Source: Malacoraja senta (taxonomy: Eukaryota). Taken from it: DNA of 64,000 bases. Positions 40,911-53,414 of this stretch are shown in pieces; position 1 is the stretch's first letter, and every line of letters starts with the position of its first letter. Location of the stretch: the NCBI GenBank assembly GCA_038087875.1, contig CM075993.1:3598001-3662000 (forward strand), read 5' to 3'. The translations under genes and the position numbers were made by a program. Under the pieces are notes generated by a model that worked only from the letters and a program-made list of their open reading frames with translations, was not told the origin of the DNA and searched no databases.

Positions 40911-42462
40911 AAGTGCTGGCGGAGCTCGGTGGGTCAGGCAGCATCCGTGGGACAGTGGATATTTTGGGTCAAGACCCCACACCAGTCTTGATGACGGGAT
41001 CTCAACCTGAAACTTTGACCTTTCTTCTGCCTCCTCAGATGCTGCCTGACCAAGTGAGTTCCTCCAGTGGTTTGATATTATACTGCAGAATCTGGCATCT
41101 GCTTCCATCCACAGATTAGATTATTTGGCTCCCGAATGCATTCACCTCACTGTGAAGATGGCTGATTACACAAAAAGCATTTATACATTCAACATCTCGT
41201 TGGAAATATAGCAACGGCATTTTATTTATTTTTGAAACAAATATAAAATTTTATAAATGTACACATTCTCCCAACATTGGTAAGTGAAGATTTGCAAAGA
41301 ATGGTCACGGCCCGAGACGTTGGCAATTCCTTCTCTCCATAGATGCTGCCTCACCCGCTGAGTTACTCCACCATTTTGTGCCTACCCCAAATTGCCATGA
41401 TGGGTTTTTTTTCTCATTGTTCTCTGATTCCTACAAAGTTGGGATACTTCCTCTGCCACGTTGATGTTGCCAGGGCTAGAGGGTCTGAGCGACAGGGTCT
41501 GAGCTACAAGACTACCAATTGAGTAGGCTGGGACTATTCCTAGGAGGGCAGGAGGATTATCTTATAGAGAGGTGCATAAAATCATGAGAGGAATAGATCG
41601 GGCAGATGCACAGAGTCTCTTGCCCAGAGTAGGTGAATCGAGGACCAGAGGACATAGGTTTAAGGTGAAGGGGAAAAGATTTAATAGGAATCTGAGGGGT
41701 CACTTTTTCACACAAAAGTTGGTGGGTGTATGGAACGAATTAGTGAATGAATAAGTTTATTGCCCAAGTATGTACACATACAAGGAATTTGCCTTGGTGC
41801 TCCGCTCGCAAGTAACAACACGACATACAGTAACATAAAACATTAAAAATAAAACAATATAGTTTAAACATGTGAATGAAATAAAATACCAGAGCAAAAG
41901 GATGCTACAGACTTTTGGTTATTGAGTAGAGCTATTACTTGTGGAAAATAATGTTTTTTATGTCTGGCTGTGGCGGCTTTGACAATAAGCTGCTAGAGGA
42001 GGTAGTTGAAGCAGGGATAATCCCAACAGTTAAGAAACAGTTATACATGTACATGAATGGACAGGTTTGGAGGGATAGGCGGGCAGGTGAGACTAGTGTA
42101 GTTGGGACATGTTGGCCGGTGTGGGCAAGTTGGGCCGAAGGGCCTGTTTCCATGCTGTATCACTCTATGACTCCCATTTAACTCGTGACATTCAAGTAAC
42201 GTACATTTATTCTTCAAATGATGTTGGTTCAACATGCGCCTGTCATGGATTGGAAACCGACCGAACAGATCATTCACCTCTCAGAGGTGTTTATTAAACG
42301 TTACAGTGAAACAGAAACAAGGTTAGAATTATTAGTGTTTCTCCCCTTCCATCTAACATCTGAAATTTAAGAGTGTTTGCACAGATGCGGATTAAAGGTC
42401 CAAATACTATGAGAAGTAGACATCAAGAACAGATCCATGGCCTGGAATCCTTTTTCTGCAGA

Positions 42463-42483
42463 TCACACCACATTTTCCAGGTT
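42463..42483 (-). CDS. DUOXA: Probable DUOXA terminal coding exon (NLENVV*)
   Basis: Strong acceptor gttctttatttccag|AAC in phase 0; TGA after 6 codons; minus-strand AATAAA at 42290-42295. Gives a 966-bp CDS (321 aa), typical DUOXA length. Confidence 0.6.
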   Translation of the reverse strand, partial: NLENVV

Positions 42484-43659
42484 CTGGAAATAAAGAACAC
42501 AAACATCTGAGTAAGTCGTGGGTATCGTTTAAGGGATTAGTATTGAAAAAAGTTTGAAACTTATGTTTCTTGGAGTTGTTAAAGTGTTAAAATGTCCCCC
42601 TGATGAAATTTTATCTCTGTATGCTTCGTCGTCACCTTCTCCTAGCTAACAATGATCTATTCCACATTTTCCTTGAGCCCCTTCTCCTTTGATGTCTCGT
42701 TTTCACATCTTATCCTTTCTTATCTCTTGTGCCTCCCTCTTCCCTGACTCTCAGTCTGAAGAAGGATCTCGACCCCAAAACGTCACCCGTTCTTTCTATC
42801 CAGAACGGTTGCCTGTCTCGCTGAGTTACTCCAGCATTTGTTAAAATGACTTTAAAAACTGCTTTAAATTTCAGCACATTCTCTTCCCAACCATGTCACT
42901 GGTACGGTGTAATATGATCACCATCACGAGTATAAAAAGATCATGTATTCAGTTCAGTTTGGTTTAAGTCACATGTACTTAAGTCACGTGTACTCAAATT
43001 GTGCTTCTGATTTTCTTTTTTTGTCTTTTTGGAAGGAATTCTGTCCCTGATTTGTGTATTGGTCTTTATAACTTATTTTTTAAATTCTGATTATATGTTT
43101 CCTATAAATCTCTGTAAGGTGTCCTTGAGACCTCGGTATAAGGCGCCCGTAAATAAAATTCATTATTATTATTATTACTGAGGTGCAGTGAAAAGCTTTT
43201 GTTGCGTGCTAACCAGTCAGCGGAAAGACAATACATGATTACAATCGAGCCATTCAACAACTAATATTTTGACAGGTTCGCAGGCACCTTGCATGACCAT
43301 TACCAAACCAAGGCTACACAGCCTCATAAAGTGTTACCCAGAAATGTGACCAAAACCGTGGTCAGAAGGTAAGTTATAAGAGGGCATCATAAAGGGAGGG
43401 AGAGAGAGAGACGGGCAGAGAGTTTGGGAATGGATTCCAGAGCCTGGGGTCTCGGCAGATGACGGTAAAGCTGCAAAAGGCAGTGAGATTCATGTCAGAG
43501 ATGTAAGGGAACTTTGGAGATGTGAGAGGAATTTATAGTCGAGTGTTTTATTGTCAGATGTCCCAGATAGAACAATGACAATCTTACATGCAGCAGCACA
43601 ACAGAAAACGCAAACATAGTACACTGTAAACAATAGAATAAACTAGACAAAAAAAGTTA

Positions 43660-44220
43660 AGTGTGTGTGTGTATATATATATATAGATAATATGTATACA
43701 CACACATATATATATTTTTATATATATTTATATTTATATTTATATTTATATTTTTATATTTATATTTATATATATATTCTATTGTGCTTCTGATTTTCAT
43801 TTTTGTGTTTTTGGAAGGAATTCTGTCCCTGATTTGTGTATTGGTCTTTATAACTTATTTTTTTTAAAATTCTGATTATTTGTTTCCTATAAATCTCTGT
43901 AAGGTGTCCTTGAGACCTCGGTATAAGGCGCCCGTAAATAAAATTCATTATTATTATTATTATATATATATCTATATATATATATATATATATAGTATGT
44001 GTGTATATATGTGTATACATATATATGTATGTGTGTATATATGTGTATATATATATATGTATGTGTGTGTGTATATATATTATATATGTACACATGTATA
44101 TACATATGTACATATATATGTGTGTATATATATACACACAGACACACATACAGTATATAGATATATGTATGTATATATATATATATATATGTATACACAC
44201 ACATACACATATGTACACAT
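43660..44220. repeat. Compound (TA)n/(TG)n/(CA)n microsatellite with an embedded 180-bp retro-insert
   Basis: Seen directly; explains the YIYI/CVCV ORFs. Confidence 0.95.
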
Positions 44221-44317
44221 AAAAACAAACAAGCAATAATCGTGCAATAATGACAACAATAGTCGATGTAGTTCAGAGCTTATTTGAGGTTGTAATGTTT
44301 AATGGTTTAATGGCTGG

Positions 44318-44450
44318 GGTGGGAGATTGCAACCTTCACGTGGTCCGCCCTTTTTCGACGAATGCAATCAACCAGCCGTGCACAATCAAATAAAACAAGT
44401 TGTCCTACAACTTTAGGCTGTGCACGCCCCACTTGCAAGAAGAAGAAGCC
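44318..44450 (+). mobile_element. Short retroelement 3' end with (AAG)n tail (RTE-like or SINE)
   Basis: Flanked by duplicated taatggctg; a second copy in minus orientation at about 14424-14566. Confidence 0.6.
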
Positions 44451-44539
44451 TAATGGCTGTGGGGAAGAAGCTGCTCCTGAACCTGGACATTCCAGTTTTC
44501 AGGCTCCTGTACCTTCTTCCCGATGACAGGGGCACTCAC

Positions 44540-44715
44540 CGTCATTGGCACATCAGTAGGTTTTTCATTCTCCACGTAGTGGACATTGTAATAATCTTCC
44601 CCAGCCGTGTCTTCATCATTGGGGTTGTCGGTTATGACGAAGACTTTGCTCAGAATTTGCGGAGCCCAGAAGCTCAGTGCCATAATGGTTATCCCGATAA
44701 TCAAAGACAGCAAAG
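44540..44715 (-). CDS. DUOXA: DUOXA coding exon 6 (last TM helix and acidic tail)
   Basis: gttgcag|CT ... ACG|gtgagt; 176 bp; (A)LLSLIIGITIMALSFWAPQILSKVFVITDNPNDEDTAGEDYYNVHYVENEKPTDVPMT. Confidence 0.85.
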
Positions 44716-46357
44716 CTGCAACAACAAAGAGGAGAGAGGAGAGAGTTAAATTCCTTTTTCTTTCTGAAATCTTGGAACTTTTGCATAAAATAAATGATTC
44801 ACGAACATTGAACAATTTTCACTCTCTCCTGCAGAAAATCAGGTGAGTGGCACAGTCCGATTCTGGTTTAGTCCCATCACCACCCTACTCTTGATAGGTT
44901 GGCCATCAAGTGGGCTCAGATGTCGGAAGAAACTGCAAATGCTGGTTTACACCGAAGATAGACACAAAATGCTGGAGTAACTCAGCGGGACAGGCAGCAT
45001 CTTTGGAGAGAAGGAATGGGTGATGTTTCGGGTCGGGTCTGAAGAAGGGTCTCGACCCGAAAAGTCACCCATTCCTCCGCTCCAGAGATGCTGCCTGTCC
45101 CGCTGAGTTACTCCAGCATTTTGTGTCTAACGATGGAGTAGACTTGATGGACCGAATGGCCTCATTCTAATTCTGTTCCTTGAACTTGAACAATGGGCAC
45201 CAACTGGCTGAATATCTTGAGGCAAAGGTTGGACCTTGATGTTGACGAGAGCAGAGAACACATTGCATGAAAGGGAGACGCAACCTGATACCGTTCCATT
45301 GCAATCTTCTGGCTATTTCCGTTTGCCCCAGGGAGCTGGTGAAGAATTTTCCAGACACCATACATCACCTCAGCTTGCCCTACCCTCTGTCAAACCGGCT
45401 CTGAGAAGTAATTTGTGACGCGTCTTCCCAGAGGGTTCCCTTGAGGCAAGTTTGTGTACATTGTGTCGTGCAATAATCCACAATGAATTCCACAGCTGCA
45501 GATATTCAGCCAAGCTGAACTTGCATCTCACATTTCCAGTTTTCAGTATTTTGCCACTTCTTGTTATTGAAGGCATCAAGTGTCTCCAAAGCACACCTTC
45601 TCCAGGCTTAGAAACATAGAAACATAGAAAATAGCTGCAGGTGTAGGCCATTCGGCCCTTCGAGCCTGCACCGCCATTCAATATGATCATGGCTGGTCAT
45701 CCAACTCAGTATCCTGTACCTGCCTTCTCTCCATACCCCCTGATCCCTTTAACCACAAGGGCCACATCTAACTCCCTCTTAAATATAGCCAATGAACTGG
45801 CCTCAACTACCCTCTGTGGCAGAAAATTCCACAGATTCACCACCAAAAAAAAAATTCTCATCTCGGTCCTAAAAGACTTCCCCCTTATCCTCAAACTGGG
45901 GTATCTCTGGAGAGAAGGAGTGAGTGACCTGAAACGTCGGCCATTCCTTCTCTCCAGAGATGCTGCCTGTCCCGCTGAGTTACTCCAGCTTTTTGTGTCT
46001 ATCTTCGGTGTAAAGCAGCATCTGCAGTTCCTTCCAACACACAAAAACTGGTTGTATCTATGTGTGGTGTATCTGAGCTGTTTGGATAGCATGCTAAACA
46101 AAGATTTTCACTGTACCTCAGTACACACAACAATAATAAATCTCAAATCCCCAAAACTAAACAATTTGCAAATGTTATCCCAATTTTTAGCTTTCCTGTT
46201 GAATCTGAAATAAATAGCAGTGAATTAAACACATTAATTCATCCCCCAGCTCCAAGGAACGCCTGCACTGGTCACGTCAAGAGTGTTTTATTGTCATATA
46301 TGTCCCAGATAGAATAATTCAGAAATATGGCCAAAACCGTGCTCAGAAGGTAAGTTA

Positions 46358-46932
46358 TAGAAACATAGAAACATAGAAAATAGGTGCAGGAGGAGACCAT
46401 TCTCCCCTTCGAGCCAGCACCGCCATTCATTGAGATCATGGCTGATCGTCCCCAATCAATAACCCGTGCCTGCCTTCTCCCCATATCCCTTGATTCCACT
46501 AGCCCCTAGAGCTCTATCTAACTCTCTCTTAAATCCATCCACTGAATTGGCCTCCACTGCCCTCTGTGGCAGGGAATTCCACAAATTCATAACACTCTGG
46601 GTGAAAAATAATTTTTCACCTCAGTCTTACCTGGCCTCCCCTTTATTCTAAGACTGTGGCCCCTGGTTCTGGACTCGCCCAACATTGGGAACATTTTTCC
46701 TGCATCTAGCTTGTCCAGTCCTTTTACAATTGTATATGTTTCTCCAAGATCCCCCATCATCCTTCTAAACTCCAATGAATTCAAAGCCTAGTCTTTTCAA
46801 TCCTTCCTCATATGACAGTCCCGCCATCCCAGGGATCAATCTCGTGAATCTACTCTGCACTGCCTCAATCACAAGGATGTCCTTCCTCAAATTAGGAGAC
46901 CAAAACTGCACACAATACTCCAGATGTGGTCT
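46358..46932 (-). mobile_element. CR1 LINE 3' end
   Basis: CR1 ORF2 C-terminal motifs. Relatives at 48672-49040, 45609-45898, 30564-30904 and 7685-8112. Confidence 0.85.
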
Positions 46933-47212
46933 TTTAAGAGGGCATCCTAAAGGGGGAGGGAAAGAGAGAGGGGCAGAGGGTGTGGGAATGGATTCCAGAG
47001 CATGGGGTCACGGGAGATGAAGGTGAAGCTGCGAAAGGCTTCAACGTCAACGTCAGAGATGCATGAGAACCATTGGCGATGTGAGAGCAATTTATAGTCA
47101 AGAGAGTTTTATTGCCAGGTGGAACCAGGAAATTCTTACTTGCAGCGGCACAACAGAACATGCGAACATATTACTCTGTGTACAATATCATCAACGAGTA
47201 AAAAAGGTTCAC

Positions 47213-47427
47213 CTGTTGCCAATGTTAGCCAAAAGGATGGACCAAGGACACTGCCCAATGTCACTTCGTCGAACCTGATCTCACAGAGTTTTGTCTTCCT
47301 TGTTGTGCCGAAGGAGATGAGTGAAAATATCATGAAAGAACCGGTTACCAATATCATGTAGGCTCCGTAGAGAGGGACTTTGAGCCAGAGAAGGATGTTG
47401 GCGAGCATCCAGGCAACAAGGGCAACC
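47213..47427 (-). CDS. DUOXA: DUOXA coding exon 5
   Basis: ctcaccag|G ... G|gtgaac; 215 bp; VALVAWMLANILLWLKVPLYGAYMILVTG...LGPSFWLTLAT. Confidence 0.92.
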
Positions 47428-48421
47428 CTGGTGAGCAGCAAAATGGAACAAAGTCACTTCCTTCATCTCTAAACTTCAGAAAACGCCTGCACGTATATAT
47501 ACATACAATACAATACAATACCGTTTATTGTCATTTGAACCTCAAATGAAGTTCAAACAAAATTTGGTTTCTGCAGTCATACAAACAAGTAAAAAGAACC
47601 AAGACACAACACAATTTACACAAACATCCATCACAGTGAATCTCCTCCTCGCTGATGGAAGGCAAAGTCTTGTCTCTCTTTTTTGCACAACTTGGAACAA
47701 GAAGGTTAAATTGTAGCTTCCTCGCATATCTAATCAAAGGTTTTAAAGTGTGGGTTGAGAACAAGAATTCACAAACATTCTTCAGGCACAAATCTGGAAC
47801 TCATCCCACTGCCTCCCATATCCCACACCGCCGCCAACTTCCCACTCCCATCACGTTCCAAACTCCCCCTCCCTCATTGAAACCGACCAAACAGTGATAA
47901 GCTTGGATAGAGTGGACGTGGAGAGGATGTTTCCACCAGTGGGAGAGTCTGGGACTAGAGGTCACAGCCTCAGAATTAAAGGACATTCCTTTAGGAAGGA
48001 TTTGAGAAGGAATTTCTTTAGACAGAGGGTGGTGAATCTGTAGAATTCTTTGCCACAGAAGGCTGTGGAGGCCAAGTCAATGAATGTTTTTAAAGCAGAG
48101 ATAGATAGATTCGTGATTAGTATGGGTGTCAGGGTGTATGAGGAGAAGGCAGGAGAATGAGGCTCGGAGGGAGGGATAGATCAGCCATGATTGAATGGCG
48201 GAGTAGACTTGATGGGCCGAATAGCCTCAATCTTCTCCTATCACTTATGACCTTATGAATGATGTGTTATGGTGTTAATGGTGTGGGAGTGTTGAAATCT
48301 TGCTCCACAGCTGGAGAATTTAAGTTCAATTCATTGCATAGAAGCTGGAATCCCATCATGACATCGAGCTGTCCCACCCCTTCATCCTTAACTTTTTTGG
48401 TTCCTTTGTTTTGTAACTTAC

Positions 48422-48635
48422 CACATTGTGGCTGAGGCATATTGGCTCGAGACCTTGTACTGTGAAAAAACACCACATGGGCTGTTCGGAGTGAACTTTT
48501 CCGCGACGTACAGGATCGGATCGGGAAGGCCCCTCTCCAATCCGTGACGATATGCGTCAGCAAAGCTGTTTCCAGATCTCCACAAAAACTCTTCATTGTA
48601 GTTGATGGTTTCATTCTGCTGGATTTCAGGAACTC
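48422..48635 (-). CDS. DUOXA: DUOXA coding exon 4
   Basis: cttgtag|GA ... TG|gtaagt; 214 bp; VPEIQQNETINYNEEFLW...GLERGLPDPILYVAEKFTPNSPCGVFSQYKVSSQYASATM(W), with the hallmark NETIxYNExF and GLPDPxLYxAEKF motifs. Confidence 0.95.
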
Positions 48636-49778
48636 CTACAAGGAGATTAGTATGAGATGTTTCATAACTCTAGAAACATAGAAAATAGGTGCAGGAGGAG
48701 GCCATTCGGCCCTTCGAGCCAGCACCGCCATTCATTGTGATCATGGCTGATCGTCCCCTATCAATAACCCGTGCCTGCCTTCTCCCCATATCCCTTGACT
48801 CCACTAGCCCCTAGAGCTCTATCTAACTCTCTCTTAAACCCATCCAGTGACTTGGCCTCCACTGCCCTCTGTGGCAGGGAATTCCATAAATTTACAACTC
48901 TCTGGGTGAAAACGTTTTTTCTCACCTCCGTCTTAAATGACCTCCCCTTTATTCTAAGACTGCAGCCCCTGGTTCTGGACTCGCCCCACATTGGAAACAT
49001 TTTACCTGCATCTAGCTTGACCAGTCCTTTTATAATTTTAGCTAGAGGTACTGTTTTGCAACTAATAGATGGCTCCACTCAGATCGAACGAAAGGGGGTG
49101 CAAGTTCATCTACAGCGCAGGTTATCACTGCAACAACTCTCTCTTTTATTTTATTTGTCGACCCGAAACGTCACCCATTCCTTCTCTCCAGAGATGCTGC
49201 CCATCCCTTTGAGTTACTCCAGCATTTTGTGTCTATCTTTGGTTATTGCTGCGTGTCTGCTTTCTGCTCAGGGAACTTGAGTGAGTATTCAAACTCTTCC
49301 TTTGTATTCCAGTTTCTATTTAATGAATTGAACTTAAATACCCCACTTGTGGAGCAAGATTTCAACACTCCCACACCAGTAATGTCATAAGGTCACAGGC
49401 GATGGGAGCAGAATCATTCACTGGGTAAAGAACTTTCCCCTCCCACCCCTCACTTTAAGTCTGTGCTCCCTGGTCTTCCGACAGATTCTCTCTAGCTACC
49501 AGAACTAAACCTATCACAATTTTATAAACTTATTGTGAGATCTGCATCCCGGGACGAATATCACACAAATTGCAGAGCCACCTGCTGAAGGCAAGTGGGA
49601 ATGGAAGTGTATCGGCAGGAACTGCAGTTTACATTGAAGATAGACACAAAATGCTGGAGTAACTCAGCGGGACAGGCAGCATCTCTGGAGTGACGTTTCG
49701 GGATGAGACCCTTCTTCAGACTGGTTAGGTATAAGGGAAAAATGAGACCCTTCTTCGGACTGAGAGTCAGGGGAGAAG

Positions 49779-50097
49779 AAGTCCAGGACAAGGGGTCACA
49801 GCTTAAGGATAAGGGGGAAATCCTTTAAGACCGAGATGAGGAAAAACTTTTTCACACAGAGAGTGGTGAATCTCTGGAACTCTCTGCCACAGAGGGTAGT
49901 TGAGGCCAGTTCATTGGCTATATTTAAGAGGGAGTTAGATGTGGCCCTTGTGGCTAAAGGGATCAGGGGGTATGGAGAGAAGGCAGGTACGGGATACTGA
50001 GTTGGATGATCAGCCATGATCATATTGAATGGCGGTGCAGGCTCGAAGGGCCGAATGGCCTACTCCTGCACCTATTTTCTATGTATCTATGTATCTA
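49779..50097 (+). mobile_element. CR1 LINE 3' end (young subfamily) nested in a PLE-derived repeat
   Basis: Same 75-aa antisense ORF as the 35449, 40610 and 57592 copies. Confidence 0.9.
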
Positions 50098-50133
50098 AGA
50101 CGTGGAAGGGTAAGGTGTGAAAATGAGTCCTAC

Positions 50134-50268
50134 CTCTGAGGGTCACATTTACTCCTGAAAACCCGACATGAATCCCGATTTCGGCATTTACATTCACACT
50201 GCTGAATGATTTGTACGTTGTGTTCACCGTGGCTGAGGCTTGTTCCCAGTTATTGCTGAAATTAACAG
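50134..50268 (-). CDS. DUOXA: DUOXA coding exon 3
   Basis: ttcgcag|CT ... G|gtagga; 135 bp; (A)VNFSNNWEQASATVNTTYKSFSSVNVNAEIGIHVGFSGVNVTLR(G). Confidence 0.93.
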
Positions 50269-51781
50269 CTGCGAAGAGATGTAAAATTAAATGGTTGGTG
50301 GACCAGCATTGAACATGAAAACGTACATTAATATTCCCACCTTACTGCTTTGTAACCGACCATTATGACTCAATAGGCCCCGACCACGGGTGAACAAGAG
50401 GAAGAGGGACTGAACTTTGCTGTCTTCCCTCACAGTGGGGAAACGTTGATTCCGCTGTGGGAGATGTTTATGTTAAATTCTATTGTGTTGTGTTTATCAT
50501 ATTTGTGTGGCTGCATGGTAACTCAAATTTCACAGGATCAATTGGTGTTTGTGATAATAAATGTAACTCGCACTTGTACTTGAATTGTCCTTGACCATGG
50601 CGAGATTTTGTCTAGATTTTCATCCATTTCATTTGTAACAGCTCGTGATTCTGCTTGGATTGTTCTGTCACTTAGTGGGGATATACGGGGGTTACATTTT
50701 CATTCCTGCCACATCGATCAGCTGCTGGCACACAGGAATTAACAGCATTCTTCCATTCATTCTTCCCATAAGTCTGGTCACGTCACGTCAAGTTCATTGT
50801 CGTAGATAGACACAGAAAAAGCTGGAGTAACTCATTGGGGCAGGCTGAACCTCTCGAGAGAAGGAATGGGTGATGTTTCGGGTCTTGACCCTTCTTCAGA
50901 CTCAGGGGAGAGGGAGACTAGAGATATGGAAGGGTAATGTGTGAAAAGGACAGATCAAAGCAGACAATGTTCAAGGAAAGGTACACAAAAATGCTGGAGA
51001 AACTCAGCGGGTGCAGCAGCATCTATGGAGCGAAGGAAACAGGTAACGTTTCGGGCCGAAACCCTTCTTCAGAATGTTCAAGGAAATGTAGAATGTTCAT
51101 GTGTTGGAGGGAACTGCAGATGCTGGCCTAAACCAAAGATAGACACAAAAGCTGGAGTAACTCAGCAGGACAGACAGCATCTCTGGAGAAAAGGAATAGG
51201 TGATACTTCGGGTCGACACCCTTCTTCAGACGCTATGTTCATTGTTCATCGAACAATGTTCATTGTTGGCTGAGGGGAAGGTGACAACGAGGCATACAAT
51301 CAGTGAGCAGGAGGAATCACAGGGGGGGGAGGGGGCAGCGAGAGAGGATGTTACAGAACTCTTGTTGGAGAGAGGAAGAGAACTTCAAAGTAGGCACACC
51401 TTGAGGAGATTTCAAATGCACTAGGGCGGGGAAGTGTGGGCGCACGCAATCAAAAAATGTATTGAGTAAAGTAAAAAAATTGATCTGTCTATTTACGCCA
51501 AGGACTTCTCATGCTTGTTTAATTTAATTTTAAAAAATGCTTCTTTAATGTCTGCACAAGGATTCTTTTGTTGTCAGTTCAGTCAACTTGGAGTTAATTT
51601 TCACAGTCGACTAAAGCTATCTGGGGCTTTTCCAACGGAATGATTAATGGGCAAAGTTGCTGGCCCACTCCTGGAAACCTATGTCTCTCCATTTCTTCAT
51701 GAAGCCACGAGGGCCCACACTGTCTATGTGAGTACTGCTGTTTTCTCATTAACTGTGGAACGTTAGTGTGCATCATTATTA

Positions 51782-51817
51782 AGGTCTGAAGAAGGGTCTC
51801 GACCCGAAACGTCGCCT
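51782..51817 (+). ncRNA. Minimal type I hammerhead ribozyme-like motif (representative of many copies)
   Basis: aggt-CTGAAGA-a-gggt ctcg accc-GAAA-CG-TC-gcct: conserved core, stem II, palindromic ACGT in place of stem III, and a 4-bp stem I. Activity untested. Confidence 0.55.
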
Positions 51818-52220
51818 ATTCCTTCTCTCCATAGATGCTGCCTCACCCGCTGAGTTGCTCCAACATTTTGTGACTAATTCTTCATTGCCCTGTTATTCGA
51901 GTTTTAGCTGATGCAGCATTATGTAAGTGTCCTGCTCTTGAGGCCAAAGTGGAACAATCGGGCTCTACTTGAAAAGGATTGTGAAACTACGGTGAGTTGA
52001 ATACGGTGTTGAACAATTCAGACCATCACACTGTGCCCTTAGTTTCAACTTTGCAAATACTTCCCGTACAATCTCTATTAAGTTTGCACATTAGTAAATG
52101 AATTGACGAAATGTAGCTAGCATGCACAAGAGTCTAATCTTAATATCATCTATCATTCTTGATTACAGGAATTAGCAGGAATTCCTGGGCTTGACAAAAA
52201 TAAGGTAGGTTAAAAGAATG

Positions 52221-52501
52221 GAAGGTAGATAAAAATGCTGGAGAAACTCAGCGGGTGGGGCAGCATCTATGGAGCGAAGGAAATAGGCAACGTTTCGGGC
52301 CAAAACCCGGAAGGAAATAGGCAAGGTTTCGGGCCGAAACCCAGAAGGAAATAGGCAACGTTTCGGGCCGAAACCCGGAAGGGTTTCGTCCCGAAACGTT
52401 GCCTATTTCCTTCGCTCCATAGATGCTGCCCCACCCGCTGAGTTTCTCCAGCATTTTTATCTACCTTCGACTTTCCAGCATCTGCAGTTCCTTCTTAAAC
52501 A
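52221..52501. mobile_element. Palindromic PLE-repeat element with triplicated internal unit
   Basis: Inverted arms; three tandem copies of gaaggaaataggcaacgtttcgggccgaaaccc; TSD taggttaaaagaatg at 52206-52220 and 52502-52516. Confidence 0.85.
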
Positions 52502-52961
52502 TAGGTTAAAAGAATGACTGTCGGATATCCCAAGGGGGTGTAGAGGTGAATATCAAGATGTTACCACTGGCGGGAGAATTTTGAGTAGTGGGACTGCTGC
52601 AAGATTAAAGGAGTCATAATTTCAAACTAGAATCTGTGGGAACTTTTTCCTCACAAAGATTTCAATCCCTTGAAGTCTCGACAGTAGTGGGTTATGGAAG
52701 CTAGGTTGCTGGTGATATCTAGAGGAAGTAGAAAATGCTGGAGAAACTCAGCGTGTGAGGCAGCATCTAAGGAGCGAAGGAAACAGGTAACGTTTCGGGT
52801 CGAGACCCTTCTTCAGACTAGAGGAAGTAAATACGTTTTTATCAAGATCAGGGATTTTAAGGAATATGGGGAAACTGGCATGGAAAAGGGATGAGTCCTG
52901 GACCAGACCGATTATGATCATATTGAACGGCAGAGTGGAATTGAGGCACCTGTGGTCAAAT

Positions 52962-53414
52962 CATAGAAACATAGATAATAGGTGCAGGAGTAGGCCATTC
53001 GGCCCTTCGAGCCTGCACCGCCATTCAATATGATCATGGCTGATCATCCAACTCAGTATCCTGTACCTGCCTTCTCTCCATACCCTCTGATCCCTTTAGC
53101 CACAAGGGCCACATCTAACTCCCTCTTAAATATAGCCAATGAACTGGCCTCAACTACCTTCTGTGGCAGAGAGTTCCAGAGATTCACCACTCTCTGTGTG
53201 AAAAATGGTTTTCTCATCTCGGTCCTAAAGGATTTCCCCTCTATCCTTAAACTGTGACCCCTTGTCCTGGACTTCCCCAACATCGGGAACAATCTTCCTG
53301 CATCTAGCCTGTCCAACCCCTTAAGAATTTTGTAAGTTTCTATAAGATCCCCCCTCAATCTTCTAAATTCTAGCGAGTACAAGCCGAGTCTATCCAGTCT
53401 TTCTTCATATGAAA
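52962..53414 (-). mobile_element. CR1 LINE 3' end
   Basis: ORF 53053-53382 RRLRGDLIETYKIL...GYGEKAGTGY. Confidence 0.9.

Noticed and set aside
52276..52376. Regular repeats of about 32 bp resembling a CRISPR array
   Set aside because: No spacers, eukaryotic context, and the unit is part of the PLE terminal repeat.
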